Origin: a virus | DNA length: 64,000 nucleotides | IMG/VR virus record: IMGVR_UViG_3300027749_000047 | Span: 71,954 to 135,953 of that record | Reading direction: 5' to 3' (one strand) | In this document: positions 55,809 to 64,000 of the stretch, in pieces | Position numbering within the stretch: position 1 is the first letter of the stretch | Layout of the letters: the number at the start of each line of letters is the position of its first letter | Notes under the pieces: generated by a model | Databases searched by the model: none | Told to the model about the DNA's origin: nothing | What the model saw: only the letters and a program-made list of their open reading frames with translations | Made by a program: the position numbers and the translations under genes

Positions 55809-56819
55809 ATGAATCAAAATGTAAAGCGTCTTTTTGACATTGAGATAGATGAGGTGTCTGTCGTGGACCGTCCTGCTAATCAGCATGGCCTTATTGCTTT
55901 CGCTAAAAACGACGATAGCGCTGAAGAGATTCCTGCTGCTTTGTTTGATGAAACTGGCGAGGAAGTTCCTGCTGAAATTCTTGAGCATGGTGATGTTGTT
56001 TTTGATGCTGAAGGCAACGAGTATGTTTACGTCGAAGATGAAATTGAAGATGATTCTGATGACGATGTTGAAAAAAATATGTTCTCAGGTTTTGCAGAAA
56101 AGTTTGCTGCAACAAAGATGGGACAAAAGGCTCTCCCGCACATGATTAATGCTGCGGAGAAATCTGGCACTGCATACCGTGGTGCTACAAGTTCTGAAGC
56201 TGGTCAGTCGCTTGTTCGTGGTGCGAAGAAGACGTCTGGTTGGGTGAAAGAAAATCCAGGCAAAAGTCTTGCCGTTGTTGGTGCCACCGGTGCCGCTGGT
56301 GGATACGCCTTGTCTAAGGCAGAAATGAGTGATCATATGAGTCTAGGTGACTCGGTTCTTGAGGAACTAAGTAAGGCGGTCACCGAGCGTGATCGCGAAG
56401 AAATTATCGCTAAGGCGATGGATGAAGTTGAAATCGCGAAGGCTCAGGCTGCTGAAGCATTTGAATATGCTGCAGCAATTGAGGATGCCCGTATCGAAGA
56501 TGCTTTCATCTCTAAGGCAGCGGAGTACAATCTTCCGGTTGCTCCTGAGGTATTTGGCCCTATTTTGAAGTCAATCGCTGAGGCTTTGACTGATGAAGAG
56601 CTAGAACTTGTCGATGAACTTTTCTCTGCTATCGGTGATGCGTTGTACAACGAAATCGGGTATGTTGGAGATACAGACAATGCTTCGGTACTTGATACTG
56701 TAAATGGACTTGCTAGCGAGTTTGTTGGTAAGGCTGATGTGTCTTACGAGCAGGCTTTTACTGCAATGTTTGAATCTAATCCAAGCGCATATGACGCTTA
56801 CCTAGCAGAAGGACGATAA
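55809..56819 (+). CDS. Capsid scaffolding protein with protease-like N-terminal segment
   Basis: L.DIEIDEVSVVDRPAN; acidic helical body; lies just upstream of the capsid genes. Confidence 0.7.
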   Translation: MNQNVKRLFDIEIDEVSVVDRPANQHGLIAFAKNDDSAEEIPAALFDETGEEVPAEILEHGDVVFDAEGNEYVYVEDEIEDDSDDDVEKNMFSGFAEKFAATKMGQKALPHMINAAEKSGTAYRGATSSEAGQSLVRGAKKTSGWVKENPGKSLAVVGATGAAGGYALSKAEMSDHMSLGDSVLEELSKAVTERDREEIIAKAMDEVEIAKAQAAEAFEYAAAIEDARIEDAFISKAAEYNLPVAPEVFGPILKSIAEALTDEELELVDELFSAIGDALYNEIGYVGDTDNASVLDTVNGLASEFVGKADVSYEQAFTAMFESNPSAYDAYLAEGR

Positions 56820-56822
56820 GTC

Positions 56823-57764
56823 ATGGCTTACGAAGAGTCCCTTAAATCCATTTCCCTCGCTGCTGACGCTTCGATTGCTGGTTACACCGGTGTATCTAAC
56901 GTTGGTCTTGGTGGATTCCCATCTAGCAAGTCTTTGACTGCTACTGTTTCTTACGCATCGTCAGTGAACACTTTCACCACTCCAACACCTCATGGTTTTT
57001 CTTTTGGTGACACGATTGTTGTTACTGGTGCTACTGCTGCAGGAAATAATGGTACTTTCACTATTACAGGTATTGCTTCGGCAACTACTTTTACTGTTGC
57101 TAACGCTACCCCTGGTGTTACACAGTCTACTGCAGGTATCACTGTAACTCGTAACATTAGCACTGCTGGTAATCAGTACCGCTTTGTTAAAGTGACTGGT
57201 TCTAAGACTGCTGGTCTTTGTACTTCTGCATCAGATTACTCAATTGGTGTTTTGCAGAATAAGCCACAGGTTGTGGGCGCTGCTGCTCAGGTTGGCTTCA
57301 TTGGTGTTTCGTTTGTAGTTTCAGGCGATACAGGTATTACTGCAGGCGCAAAAGTAACTTCAGATTCATTAGGTGCTGCTACTAGGTTCCTTGGTGGTTA
57401 CACTAACGCTCTAAGTTACTCACAGGGTTCAACTTCTAGCACCTTCTCTTCACCAACTGTCACTATGACTCTTGGTGCTGCAGGAACTGGTACCACTACT
57501 GACGTAACGTCACATGGCGTACAGGTTGGCGACATCGTTAACATTTCGTATGCTACAACTGCTGCTAACAACGGTACTTTTGTTGTAACTGCTGTTGGTG
57601 CTACTACAATCTCTTACATTAACGCTGCAGGTGCTGCTGAAGCTGGTCGTGCTTCTTCAGCTACCAAGGTTAACGTTATTCGTAATCAGGTTATTGCTGG
57701 TACCGCACTTGCTTCTTCGTCTACCGCAGGCGAGCTTATCCCCGTGCTTCTGGCCGCACGATAG
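56823..57764 (+). CDS. Capsid cement/decoration protein with two inserted beta modules
   Basis: YRFVKV..IGVLQNKP..A.VG..GVS.V..AG..V...G scaffold; HG...GD...NNGTF modules. Confidence 0.7.
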   Translation: MAYEESLKSISLAADASIAGYTGVSNVGLGGFPSSKSLTATVSYASSVNTFTTPTPHGFSFGDTIVVTGATAAGNNGTFTITGIASATTFTVANATPGVTQSTAGITVTRNISTAGNQYRFVKVTGSKTAGLCTSASDYSIGVLQNKPQVVGAAAQVGFIGVSFVVSGDTGITAGAKVTSDSLGAATRFLGGYTNALSYSQGSTSSTFSSPTVTMTLGAAGTGTTTDVTSHGVQVGDIVNISYATTAANNGTFVVTAVGATTISYINAAGAAEAGRASSATKVNVIRNQVIAGTALASSSTAGELIPVLLAAR

Positions 57765-57781
57765 AAATAGGAGACTAACTC

Positions 57782-58789
57782 ATGCCAAGTCCATCCCAGT
57801 CCGATCTGCATGTTAATGTGCCGTTGACCAATGTGTCGATTGCCTACATGCAGTCTGCAGATGCATACATTGCTGACAAGGTTTTCCCTAAGGTTCCTGT
57901 CAAGAAGCAATCTGACCTTTATTGGAAGTACAGCAAGAGCGATTGGCGTCGTACTGACGTTGCTCGTCGTGCTCCTTCTACAGAGTCACCTGGCGTTGGT
58001 TGGAATACAACCACCGACCAGTACTTTGCTCATGTCTACGCTGTTCACAAGGACATTGATGACCAGCTACGCGCTAATGCTGATAGTAACTTTGTGCTTG
58101 ACCGCGATAGCACCGAGTTCATCACTAATCAGCTTCTTTTGAAGCGTGACGTTGACTGGGCTGCTAAGTACTTCACTACTGGCGTTTGGGACAATGACCT
58201 TGTTGTTGGTGCTTCTGCTAACACTAATGGTTTCACTGCTCCGGCTGCTAAGTGGTCTGATGCTGGTTCTGACCCTATTGGTGACGTTGCTCGTGCGGTT
58301 ATTGCTTTCCGTAAGAACACTGGTTTTGCGCCTAACATCATGGTTATTGGTGCGGATGTTATGACTGCTCTCAAGCAACATCCAGACATCATTGACCGTA
58401 TCAAGTACACTCAGCGCGGTATCGTGACTGAAGACTTGATTGCTACTATGTTTGGTGTTAACGAGTTGTACACGTCGTACGCTTCACAGGCTACTGGTCC
58501 ACAGATTCCAGATGCTAAGACTCAGGATGCTGCTGCTTCATACAGTTTCATTAATGATTCTAAGTCTGCTCTGTTGTGCTACGCTCCTTCAGCACCTAGC
58601 TTGATGACTCCATCTGCTGGTTACACGTTCACTTGGAACGGCTACCTCGGTGGTAACTCTGAAGGTATTAAGATTAAGCGTTTCCGTATGGAGCATATTG
58701 CTTCTGATCGTATCGAGGCAGAAATGACTTACGATATGAAGACGGTTGCTACTGACCTTGGTGCTTTCTTCACGGGCGTGGTTGCATAA
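57782..58789 (+). CDS. Major capsid protein
   Basis: LHVNVPLTNVSIAY..IADKVFPKVPV.KQSD..Y; SDPIGD; ALKQHPDIIDRIKYTQ motifs; RBS TAGGAG. Confidence 0.9.
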   Translation: MPSPSQSDLHVNVPLTNVSIAYMQSADAYIADKVFPKVPVKKQSDLYWKYSKSDWRRTDVARRAPSTESPGVGWNTTTDQYFAHVYAVHKDIDDQLRANADSNFVLDRDSTEFITNQLLLKRDVDWAAKYFTTGVWDNDLVVGASANTNGFTAPAAKWSDAGSDPIGDVARAVIAFRKNTGFAPNIMVIGADVMTALKQHPDIIDRIKYTQRGIVTEDLIATMFGVNELYTSYASQATGPQIPDAKTQDAAASYSFINDSKSALLCYAPSAPSLMTPSAGYTFTWNGYLGGNSEGIKIKRFRMEHIASDRIEAEMTYDMKTVATDLGAFFTGVVA

Positions 58790-58791
58790 TC

Positions 58792-59400
58792 ATGTATCGT
58801 CCTGCAACTGTTCTTCGCTTAGCTAAGGCTCTCACTATTGGTGGTGTGAATCGTGCTAAGGGATATATTCTTACTGATGCTGAAGTGTTGAGTATGAAGA
58901 CGTTGCAGTCTCTTCTTGCGAAGCGGTGGGTGGTCCCTGTTCCGGGGCCATCCGCCGTTCGCTTGGCTACTGCACGCCAGCAGTCTCCTGATGGTGCTTT
59001 TGGGCCTACGGGCTTGTTGGATACTTCTTACATGACGGATAGTTCTGCTAATAACTCTGTTAAGTACACTCCAATACCTACTTATCTAAATCCTCAGGTT
59101 CTTCGGGATTATGCTAAGGATAATATTCCTTATGCTTTGACTGGTACTGCTGGTTCTGGTCAGGTTGTTTTGAATTGGTATGCGCCTAGCAATAGCCCTT
59201 CTGGTTTGACAGATTACAGTATTCAGTACAAGTTGTCTTCTGCTTCGTCTTGGACTACTTTTACTCATACTGCTTCTACGGCTGTTACTGCAACTATTAC
59301 TGGTTTAACTGCTAATACTTTGTATGATTTTCGTGTTGCTGCAATAATTAGTTCTACTACAGGAACGTACTCTAATACGTTTACTATTGATCCTAGTTAG
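58792..59400 (+). CDS. Capsid-associated protein with FN3 domain
   Basis: LNWYAP..DYSIQYK..ITGLTANTLYDFRVAA. Confidence 0.7.
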   Translation: MYRPATVLRLAKALTIGGVNRAKGYILTDAEVLSMKTLQSLLAKRWVVPVPGPSAVRLATARQQSPDGAFGPTGLLDTSYMTDSSANNSVKYTPIPTYLNPQVLRDYAKDNIPYALTGTAGSGQVVLNWYAPSNSPSGLTDYSIQYKLSSASSWTTFTHTASTAVTATITGLTANTLYDFRVAAIISSTTGTYSNTFTIDPS

Positions 59401-59408
59401 GGGTTAGT

Positions 59409-59708
59409 ATGACTGTGACTAAGGCTACTAACGGCAAAGTGCAGACGTCGATTAAGAAAGCAACTTCTACTACTTCTCGTGCTACTTCGGTGTCTCAGGA
59501 GGATGTTGCGGTGGCTGATAAAGAGGTTCAGCGGGTTGCTACTCGTAATGCGATTAATGCTGATACTACTAAGGCTATTGTTTACAAAGCGGTTAAGCCT
59601 TTGGTTGTTGGTGCGCATACTTATGCTGCAGGGGACATTGTTCCTGAGGCATCTAGTTGGCTTCGTTTAGACTCATGGATTATGGCCCGGTGGGTTGAGG
59701 AAGTTTAA
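59409..59708 (+). CDS. Small capsid-associated protein
   Basis: YKAVKPLVVG..YAAGDIVP..W.EEV; paralog of 59708-60973. Confidence 0.65.
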   Translation: MTVTKATNGKVQTSIKKATSTTSRATSVSQEDVAVADKEVQRVATRNAINADTTKAIVYKAVKPLVVGAHTYAAGDIVPEASSWLRLDSWIMARWVEEV

Positions 59709-60973
59709 TGCCAATTACTAAAACTTCTGTTGGCAAGTTTCAGACTTCTATTCGTAAAGCTAATTCTATTGTTCCTAATTTTGTTTTTGGTACGAATGCT
59801 TTAGAAGTTACGCAAGTTGCTTCAAATAATTCGGGCATTAGAACCCCTAACCTTATTGCTGTTAGTCCTAGTACAACTTACACTTTTTCATATTATGTTA
59901 AGCCAGGGTCGGGTAACAGTAGTATTGATCTTGCTACTATTGTTCATGACGTAGATTCTGGTGGTTCCAATATTGTCACTCAGCATAATACGACTAATAC
60001 TACTTATTATGCTAGTGATGGGTGGAAAAGAGTAGTTCATACTTTTACTACTCATGCATCAGCCGCGTTTGTAAGACTTCATATTTGTTATAACACTTAT
60101 CCTGTGAATTCACAGGCTGTGGCTGGATCAAAATTTGTTGTTGATGGAATTATGCTAGAACAATCTTCAACTGCTAATGTGTTTAAGCCTAACTTGGTAC
60201 CAAATTCTTCTTTTGAAACTGATGCTTCTGGTTGGGAATTATTAAAATCTCCCGATAATGTGTCGGCTACTTTGCAAACTTCGTCAACATATTCTTTGTA
60301 TGGTAGTAATAGTTTAAAGCTTTCAGTTGGTTCGACTTTTACGCCTGCTACTTCATACGTTTTTGCGGATATTACAAACACACTTGTTGCTGGAACATAT
60401 GTTTTTAGCGCTTATGTTTATTCACCTGTAGCAACAACAGTTAAACTTCCTTTTAGAGACAATGATGGTACTTCATATGATGGAGCAAGCGATTTTGTTG
60501 TTCCTGCAAACACTTGGACAAGAATATCTAAACCAGTAGTTCAAGTTGGCACTAATGTACATTGGAGCATTGGTTTTGATGTTGGTCAAGTTGTGGCAAA
60601 TTCTAATCTGTATATTGATGGGGTAAAGTTAGAAACCTCAAGCACTGTAAGTGCATATAATTTGGTTCCAAATGAATCTTTTGAAACTAATACTACAGGT
60701 TGGGATGTCAATGCCCCTGGTGTTACGTTAACTTTACTTTCTTCTCCTGTGTCGTCACAAGATGTTTGTGTGGCTAATAGAATGGCACAGCGTCTTGCTA
60801 CTCGCAAAGTAATTATCGCGGATATTGATAAGACTAAGACTTATAAGGCTACAAGGCCTATGATTATTGGTAGTACTAGTTATGCTGTTGGGGATGTTGT
60901 TCCTGGCGCCGCTAATTGGACTCGTGTTGAGACTTGGATTAAAGCCCGTTGGATTGAGGAAGTGGATTTGTAA
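59708..60973 (+). CDS. Paralog of 59409 carrying carbohydrate-binding (CBM4/9-like) repeats
   Basis: Repeated NLVPN.SFE...GW and DG..LE..S motifs. Confidence 0.7.
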   Translation: MPITKTSVGKFQTSIRKANSIVPNFVFGTNALEVTQVASNNSGIRTPNLIAVSPSTTYTFSYYVKPGSGNSSIDLATIVHDVDSGGSNIVTQHNTTNTTYYASDGWKRVVHTFTTHASAAFVRLHICYNTYPVNSQAVAGSKFVVDGIMLEQSSTANVFKPNLVPNSSFETDASGWELLKSPDNVSATLQTSSTYSLYGSNSLKLSVGSTFTPATSYVFADITNTLVAGTYVFSAYVYSPVATTVKLPFRDNDGTSYDGASDFVVPANTWTRISKPVVQVGTNVHWSIGFDVGQVVANSNLYIDGVKLETSSTVSAYNLVPNESFETNTTGWDVNAPGVTLTLLSSPVSSQDVCVANRMAQRLATRKVIIADIDKTKTYKATRPMIIGSTSYAVGDVVPGAANWTRVETWIKARWIEEVDL

Positions 60974-61584
60974 TGTGCGCATCATGTGGTTGTGGTTGTA
61001 AGCATGGCATTGCAGCAAAGGGCTGTAATTGTAAATGTAAAACGTGTCGGGAGGCTCGTATGTCTGTAGAAAAGTCGTTTGCGATTGCTAAGGCTTATCG
61101 TGATCTTAATGAGTTTGCTAAGTCTGTTGAGTTGGCTCCTACTCATGTGGGTAGTATTTCTGCTGGTCAGCGTTATTGCGATAATGGGTCGTGTGCTACG
61201 TGTATTAGGCAGGCTAGTCGTGACAAGAATGCTCGTCAGACGGCTTTGCATGTGCGTAAGAGTGACGATAAAATTAACTCTACCCGTTTGGCTTTGGGTA
61301 CGGTTCTTCCTGGTATGCATGGTGCTGTTGCGGGTAAGAAGGGTAAGAAGCTTCGCGCTGCTGGTAATGAAATTACCGGCGATGTTGTAGGTGGTGCTGC
61401 TGGTATTGGGGCGGCTTATGGTGTTGGTCGCGCTCTGCGTTCTGGAAAAATTAAGAATCCTAAGACTGCTGCAGGGCTTGCTGCGGTTGGTGGCACTTTA
61501 GGTTTGGCTGGTGGTGTTGGTGGCGCTACGGTAGGCACTATGCGGGCTCATAAAAAGGGTTACTACAAGGATATTGAAAAGTAA
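60973..61584 (+). CDS. Head-module protein with metallothionein-like Cys-rich N-terminus
   Basis: 8 Cys in the first 25 aa; VEKS, IAKA, FAKS and VRKS motifs; Gly zipper C-terminus. Confidence 0.55.
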   Translation: MCASCGCGCKHGIAAKGCNCKCKTCREARMSVEKSFAIAKAYRDLNEFAKSVELAPTHVGSISAGQRYCDNGSCATCIRQASRDKNARQTALHVRKSDDKINSTRLALGTVLPGMHGAVAGKKGKKLRAAGNEITGDVVGGAAGIGAAYGVGRALRSGKIKNPKTAAGLAAVGGTLGLAGGVGGATVGTMRAHKKGYYKDIEK

Positions 61585-61624
61585 GTATTTCATTAAGTTT
61601 TTGTTTATCAGTTAGGATTGTCCT

Positions 61625-62125
61625 ATGTCGTGGACGTATAGTGGTAATCCGGGTTCTTCTGATAAGGACAGTGTTCGGTTTTATGTAGGGGATACTGATT
61701 CTTCTTTTCCGTTGTTGACGGATGAGGAGGTTCAGTTTCTTTTAGATCAGTGGAATACTGATTACAATGCTCCGCTTTATGTTGCTGCGGTTGCGGCTGA
61801 GGTTATTTCTGGTCGTTTTGCTCGTGAGGTTAGTGTTTCGGCTGATGGTGTTTCTGTTCAGTTGAGCGAGTTGCAGGAGCGTTACAATAATCTTGCTGTT
61901 TCTTTGCGTGACCAGTATAAGGCTTTGTATGGGTTCTTTGACCCTGTTACTGCGGCTAATATTTTGAGTATTGAGTGGGATCCTGAGATTAAGCCTCTTG
62001 TGTTTGGTATTGGCTTTAATGATAATTATCTTGCTGGCCGTCAGAATTATGGTGATTTTCATCCTGGTCGTTCGACTGATTGGTGGAAGTCTGATGTTCA
62101 AAATGAACCGATTGTTTGGGGCTAA
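61625..62125 (+). CDS. Head-to-tail adaptor
   Basis: W.YSG.P..D.VRF.VGDTD..LLTDEE..F.L; A..ISGRFAR motifs. Confidence 0.75.
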   Translation: MSWTYSGNPGSSDKDSVRFYVGDTDSSFPLLTDEEVQFLLDQWNTDYNAPLYVAAVAAEVISGRFAREVSVSADGVSVQLSELQERYNNLAVSLRDQYKALYGFFDPVTAANILSIEWDPEIKPLVFGIGFNDNYLAGRQNYGDFHPGRSTDWWKSDVQNEPIVWG

Positions 62126-62127
62126 TT

Positions 62128-62439
62128 ATGGAATTAGTTGAGCTTGGTCGTGTTGCTAAGGGCTTGCCTTCTGCAATGAATAGGGCGCTTAAAGCTGGTA
62201 ACGCTAGTGTTTTTGATAATGAAATGAAACAGGGTATGCTTCTGCAGCATTTGTCCGGTAAAGAAGCTTCGCGATTTTTGGCTTTGTCTAGAAAAACTAC
62301 AAGTTTGCCAGAAAAAATTAAGCATGGTTCTGATTATGGTATTCATCGTGTTACTGGAGAGGCTGTAAGAGCTAGCGAAGGACGTGCGAAGAGTGCTGCG
62401 GCCGAGCGGCCTGGCAAGTTAAAAAGAGTACTTCCGTAA
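62128..62439 (+). CDS. Hypothetical basic protein
   Basis: RVAKGLPS resembles VSKGLPS in 54424-55755. Confidence 0.5.
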   Translation: MELVELGRVAKGLPSAMNRALKAGNASVFDNEMKQGMLLQHLSGKEASRFLALSRKTTSLPEKIKHGSDYGIHRVTGEAVRASEGRAKSAAAERPGKLKRVLP

Positions 62440-62906
62440 TGTACAAAATTAATACTAGTCTTGTGCATCGTTATGCTCAGCGTTATGCCGAAATGAATAT
62501 GACTGCTACTTTGCGTATTGATCGTCCAGGTAAACCTTCTCTTAATACTACAACTGGTGATGCTACTGCTACTGTGCTTTCTACTATTTACACTGGCAAG
62601 GGTAGGGTTACTACGATTGCTGGGCCTGTGCAGTATCAGTTGGGTGAAGAGCCTCAGTATTTTTCTAGTGGTGCGGTGTCTATTCCTTTGCTTGATGATG
62701 ACGGGCAGCCTACTACTCCTCAGGTGAATGATGTGGTTGTTGTGGTTGCTCATCCTGATGTGTTGATGGTTGGTCGTGCTTTTCGTGTTATGGATGTTCA
62801 GGCTTCTGGTCAGTTTGAGGCTGTGCGTAACATTTCTGTTACTGGTGTTCAGCGTTGGGAAGGTTGGACTCCGGAAACTAATATTCCTTCGGAGTGGTAT
62901 GTATGA
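62439..62906 (+). CDS. Head-to-tail stopper (DUF6093-like)
   Basis: M.AT.RI.RPG...TG......IY.GKGRV..SIP..ND.V.V motifs. Confidence 0.75.
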   Translation: MYKINTSLVHRYAQRYAEMNMTATLRIDRPGKPSLNTTTGDATATVLSTIYTGKGRVTTIAGPVQYQLGEEPQYFSSGAVSIPLLDDDGQPTTPQVNDVVVVVAHPDVLMVGRAFRVMDVQASGQFEAVRNISVTGVQRWEGWTPETNIPSEWYV

Positions 62907-63181
62907 CGTTTAAGAATGTAACAGATAAGTTGCGTCAAATGCAGGTTGATGCTCAGAAGGTTCCTCAGGCTTTGCATAATAGTGCTCAGGAGATTGTGAA
63001 GTCTAAGCCTTTGGCTAATGTGTCTGCTGTGGTTCATAATACGTCTACGGGTACTGCTATCACGTTTAAGCCTAATGTGGGGGTTAGGGTGGATTCTGCG
63101 GCTGTTTCAGAGCATGCTAGTAGTATTGCTAAGGAGTTGGCTCATAAGAGCACACAGGTCGCTAGAGGGGCTTTGAGATGA
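62903..63181 (+). CDS. Neck protein (HK97 gp10-like position)
   Basis: ATGA coupling; position between stopper and terminator. Confidence 0.5.
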   Translation: MTFKNVTDKLRQMQVDAQKVPQALHNSAQEIVKSKPLANVSAVVHNTSTGTAITFKPNVGVRVDSAAVSEHASSIAKELAHKSTQVARGALR

Positions 63182-63636
63182 TTGATCATGGCGCGTTAAC
63201 TGACGCTATTATTGTTCAGTTGGTGGCTACTGGCGAGCTTGTTGGTGATGGTGTTGCTCCTGCTGATGGTGGCTGGGTTAAGGGTCAACCTAATCAGAGT
63301 GTTTTTGCTCCTTATACGGTGCTGGTTTCTACTGGCGCTAATGTGATGATTAATGACCTTGATGGTAATTTGGATTGGACTGTGAACTTTAATCTGAGGC
63401 ATTTTGGTGGGTCTCGTAAGCAGTGTGATTGGATTGCTAATAAGACTCGTGTTGCTGTTGATGGCGGTCCTAATAATTTGCTTCATTCTACGTTTGGTAG
63501 CACTGAGGTTTTTAAGATTACTGCTATTCAATGGCAAAATTTAGGGTCTGTTACTCGTGTCGATACTGTGAATCCACCTTTTTGGCAGTGTTTTGATTCT
63601 GTCGGATTTGTTTGTTCGAGGAACAGTTTTTCTTAA
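63178..63636 (+). CDS. Tail terminator
   Basis: VGDGVAP..GW..PY.VL..G.SRKQCDWIA..R motifs. Confidence 0.7.
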   Translation: MIDHGALTDAIIVQLVATGELVGDGVAPADGGWVKGQPNQSVFAPYTVLVSTGANVMINDLDGNLDWTVNFNLRHFGGSRKQCDWIANKTRVAVDGGPNNLLHSTFGSTEVFKITAIQWQNLGSVTRVDTVNPPFWQCFDSVGFVCSRNSFS

Positions 63637-63700
63637 ACTTTGTAGTAGTATCGGATATACCGGTATTTAATCGTACGATTGGCTTAGGAGGCCTACCACT

Positions 63701-64000
63701 ATGGCAAGAATTATTCCGAACAATAATACGTGGATTGGGTTTATTCCTGTCACGTCTTTTGGTTCTGCTATTTCGGGTTACAACACTGCTTGGAACGCGT
63801 CACAAACTCAACCAAACATCACCGCTGCTGAAATAGCTACTGCTTACGATATGACTCCTTTTGTCATTTCTGTAACCGCACAGTCAACAGGTAACACTGT
63901 TCCTACACCTTCTTTGGACACTTTGTTTGAAGGTAACGTTCCCGGCACAGTTAATGCTTCGTTTACTGCAGATTTTTACCGCGATGATGCTTTATACACT
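63701..64000 (+). CDS. Major tail protein (3' truncated; not in the ORF track)
   Basis: RBS TTAGGAGG; MARIIPNNNTWIGF..TAAEI..D.TPFVIS..A..TGN.VPTP..D.LFE; open to the window end. Confidence 0.8.
   Translation, partial: MARIIPNNNTWIGFIPVTSFGSAISGYNTAWNASQTQPNITAAEIATAYDMTPFVISVTAQSTGNTVPTPSLDTLFEGNVPGTVNASFTADFYRDDALYT

Noticed and set aside
1-64000. Stop-codon recoding, diversity-generating retroelement, or integrase/lysogeny module
   Set aside because: Genes are full length and tightly coupled under code 11; no reverse transcriptase, template/variable repeat pair or recombinase was recognised.

Overview
The window is almost an entire genome of a tailed dsDNA phage with siphovirus-type modules, shown circularly permuted. 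It opens inside the tape-measure gene and ends inside the major tail gene, so only the tail chaperones and the tape-measure N-terminus appear to be missing. The host is probably an actinobacterium (WhiB, actinobacterial-type tmRNA ends, actinophage-like head-tail genes). GC looks low-40s % by eye (not computed), which would fit a low-GC freshwater lineage; this is inference. Layout: tail and fibre genes (+, 1-12.1 kb); early/accessory genes (-, 12.5-20.9 kb); a small + nuclease/nucleotide cassette (21-22.8 kb); a leftward operon of helicase, primase, SSB-like, DnaE, Cas4-like, RuvC, WhiB, terS-like and extra virion genes (22.8-35.9 kb); a divergent control region with an RNA cluster (36-37.8 kb); then packaging, head and neck genes (+, 37.8-64 kb). 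No integrase or CRISPR array is visible. Top candidates: (1) an 80-nt tmRNA tRNA-like-domain-only gene (G3.U70 alanine acceptor stem, D-loop and T-arm kept; mRNA domain and pseudoknots absent) at 37718-37797; (2) a likely programmed -1 frameshift (C CCA AAA, upstream SD-like, downstream GC hairpin) fusing a 1109-aa head-module protein to a CbbX/SpoVK-type AAA+ ATPase; (3) a block of G/A/K/R-rich head-module polyproteins punctuated by a recurring hydrophobic-x-K-(S/A/G/N) motif and HPRxxxG(R/Q)F motifs, probably protease-processed internal cargo; (4) several promoter-to-terminator structured RNA candidates. All family assignments are from motif recognition by eye, not database searches.
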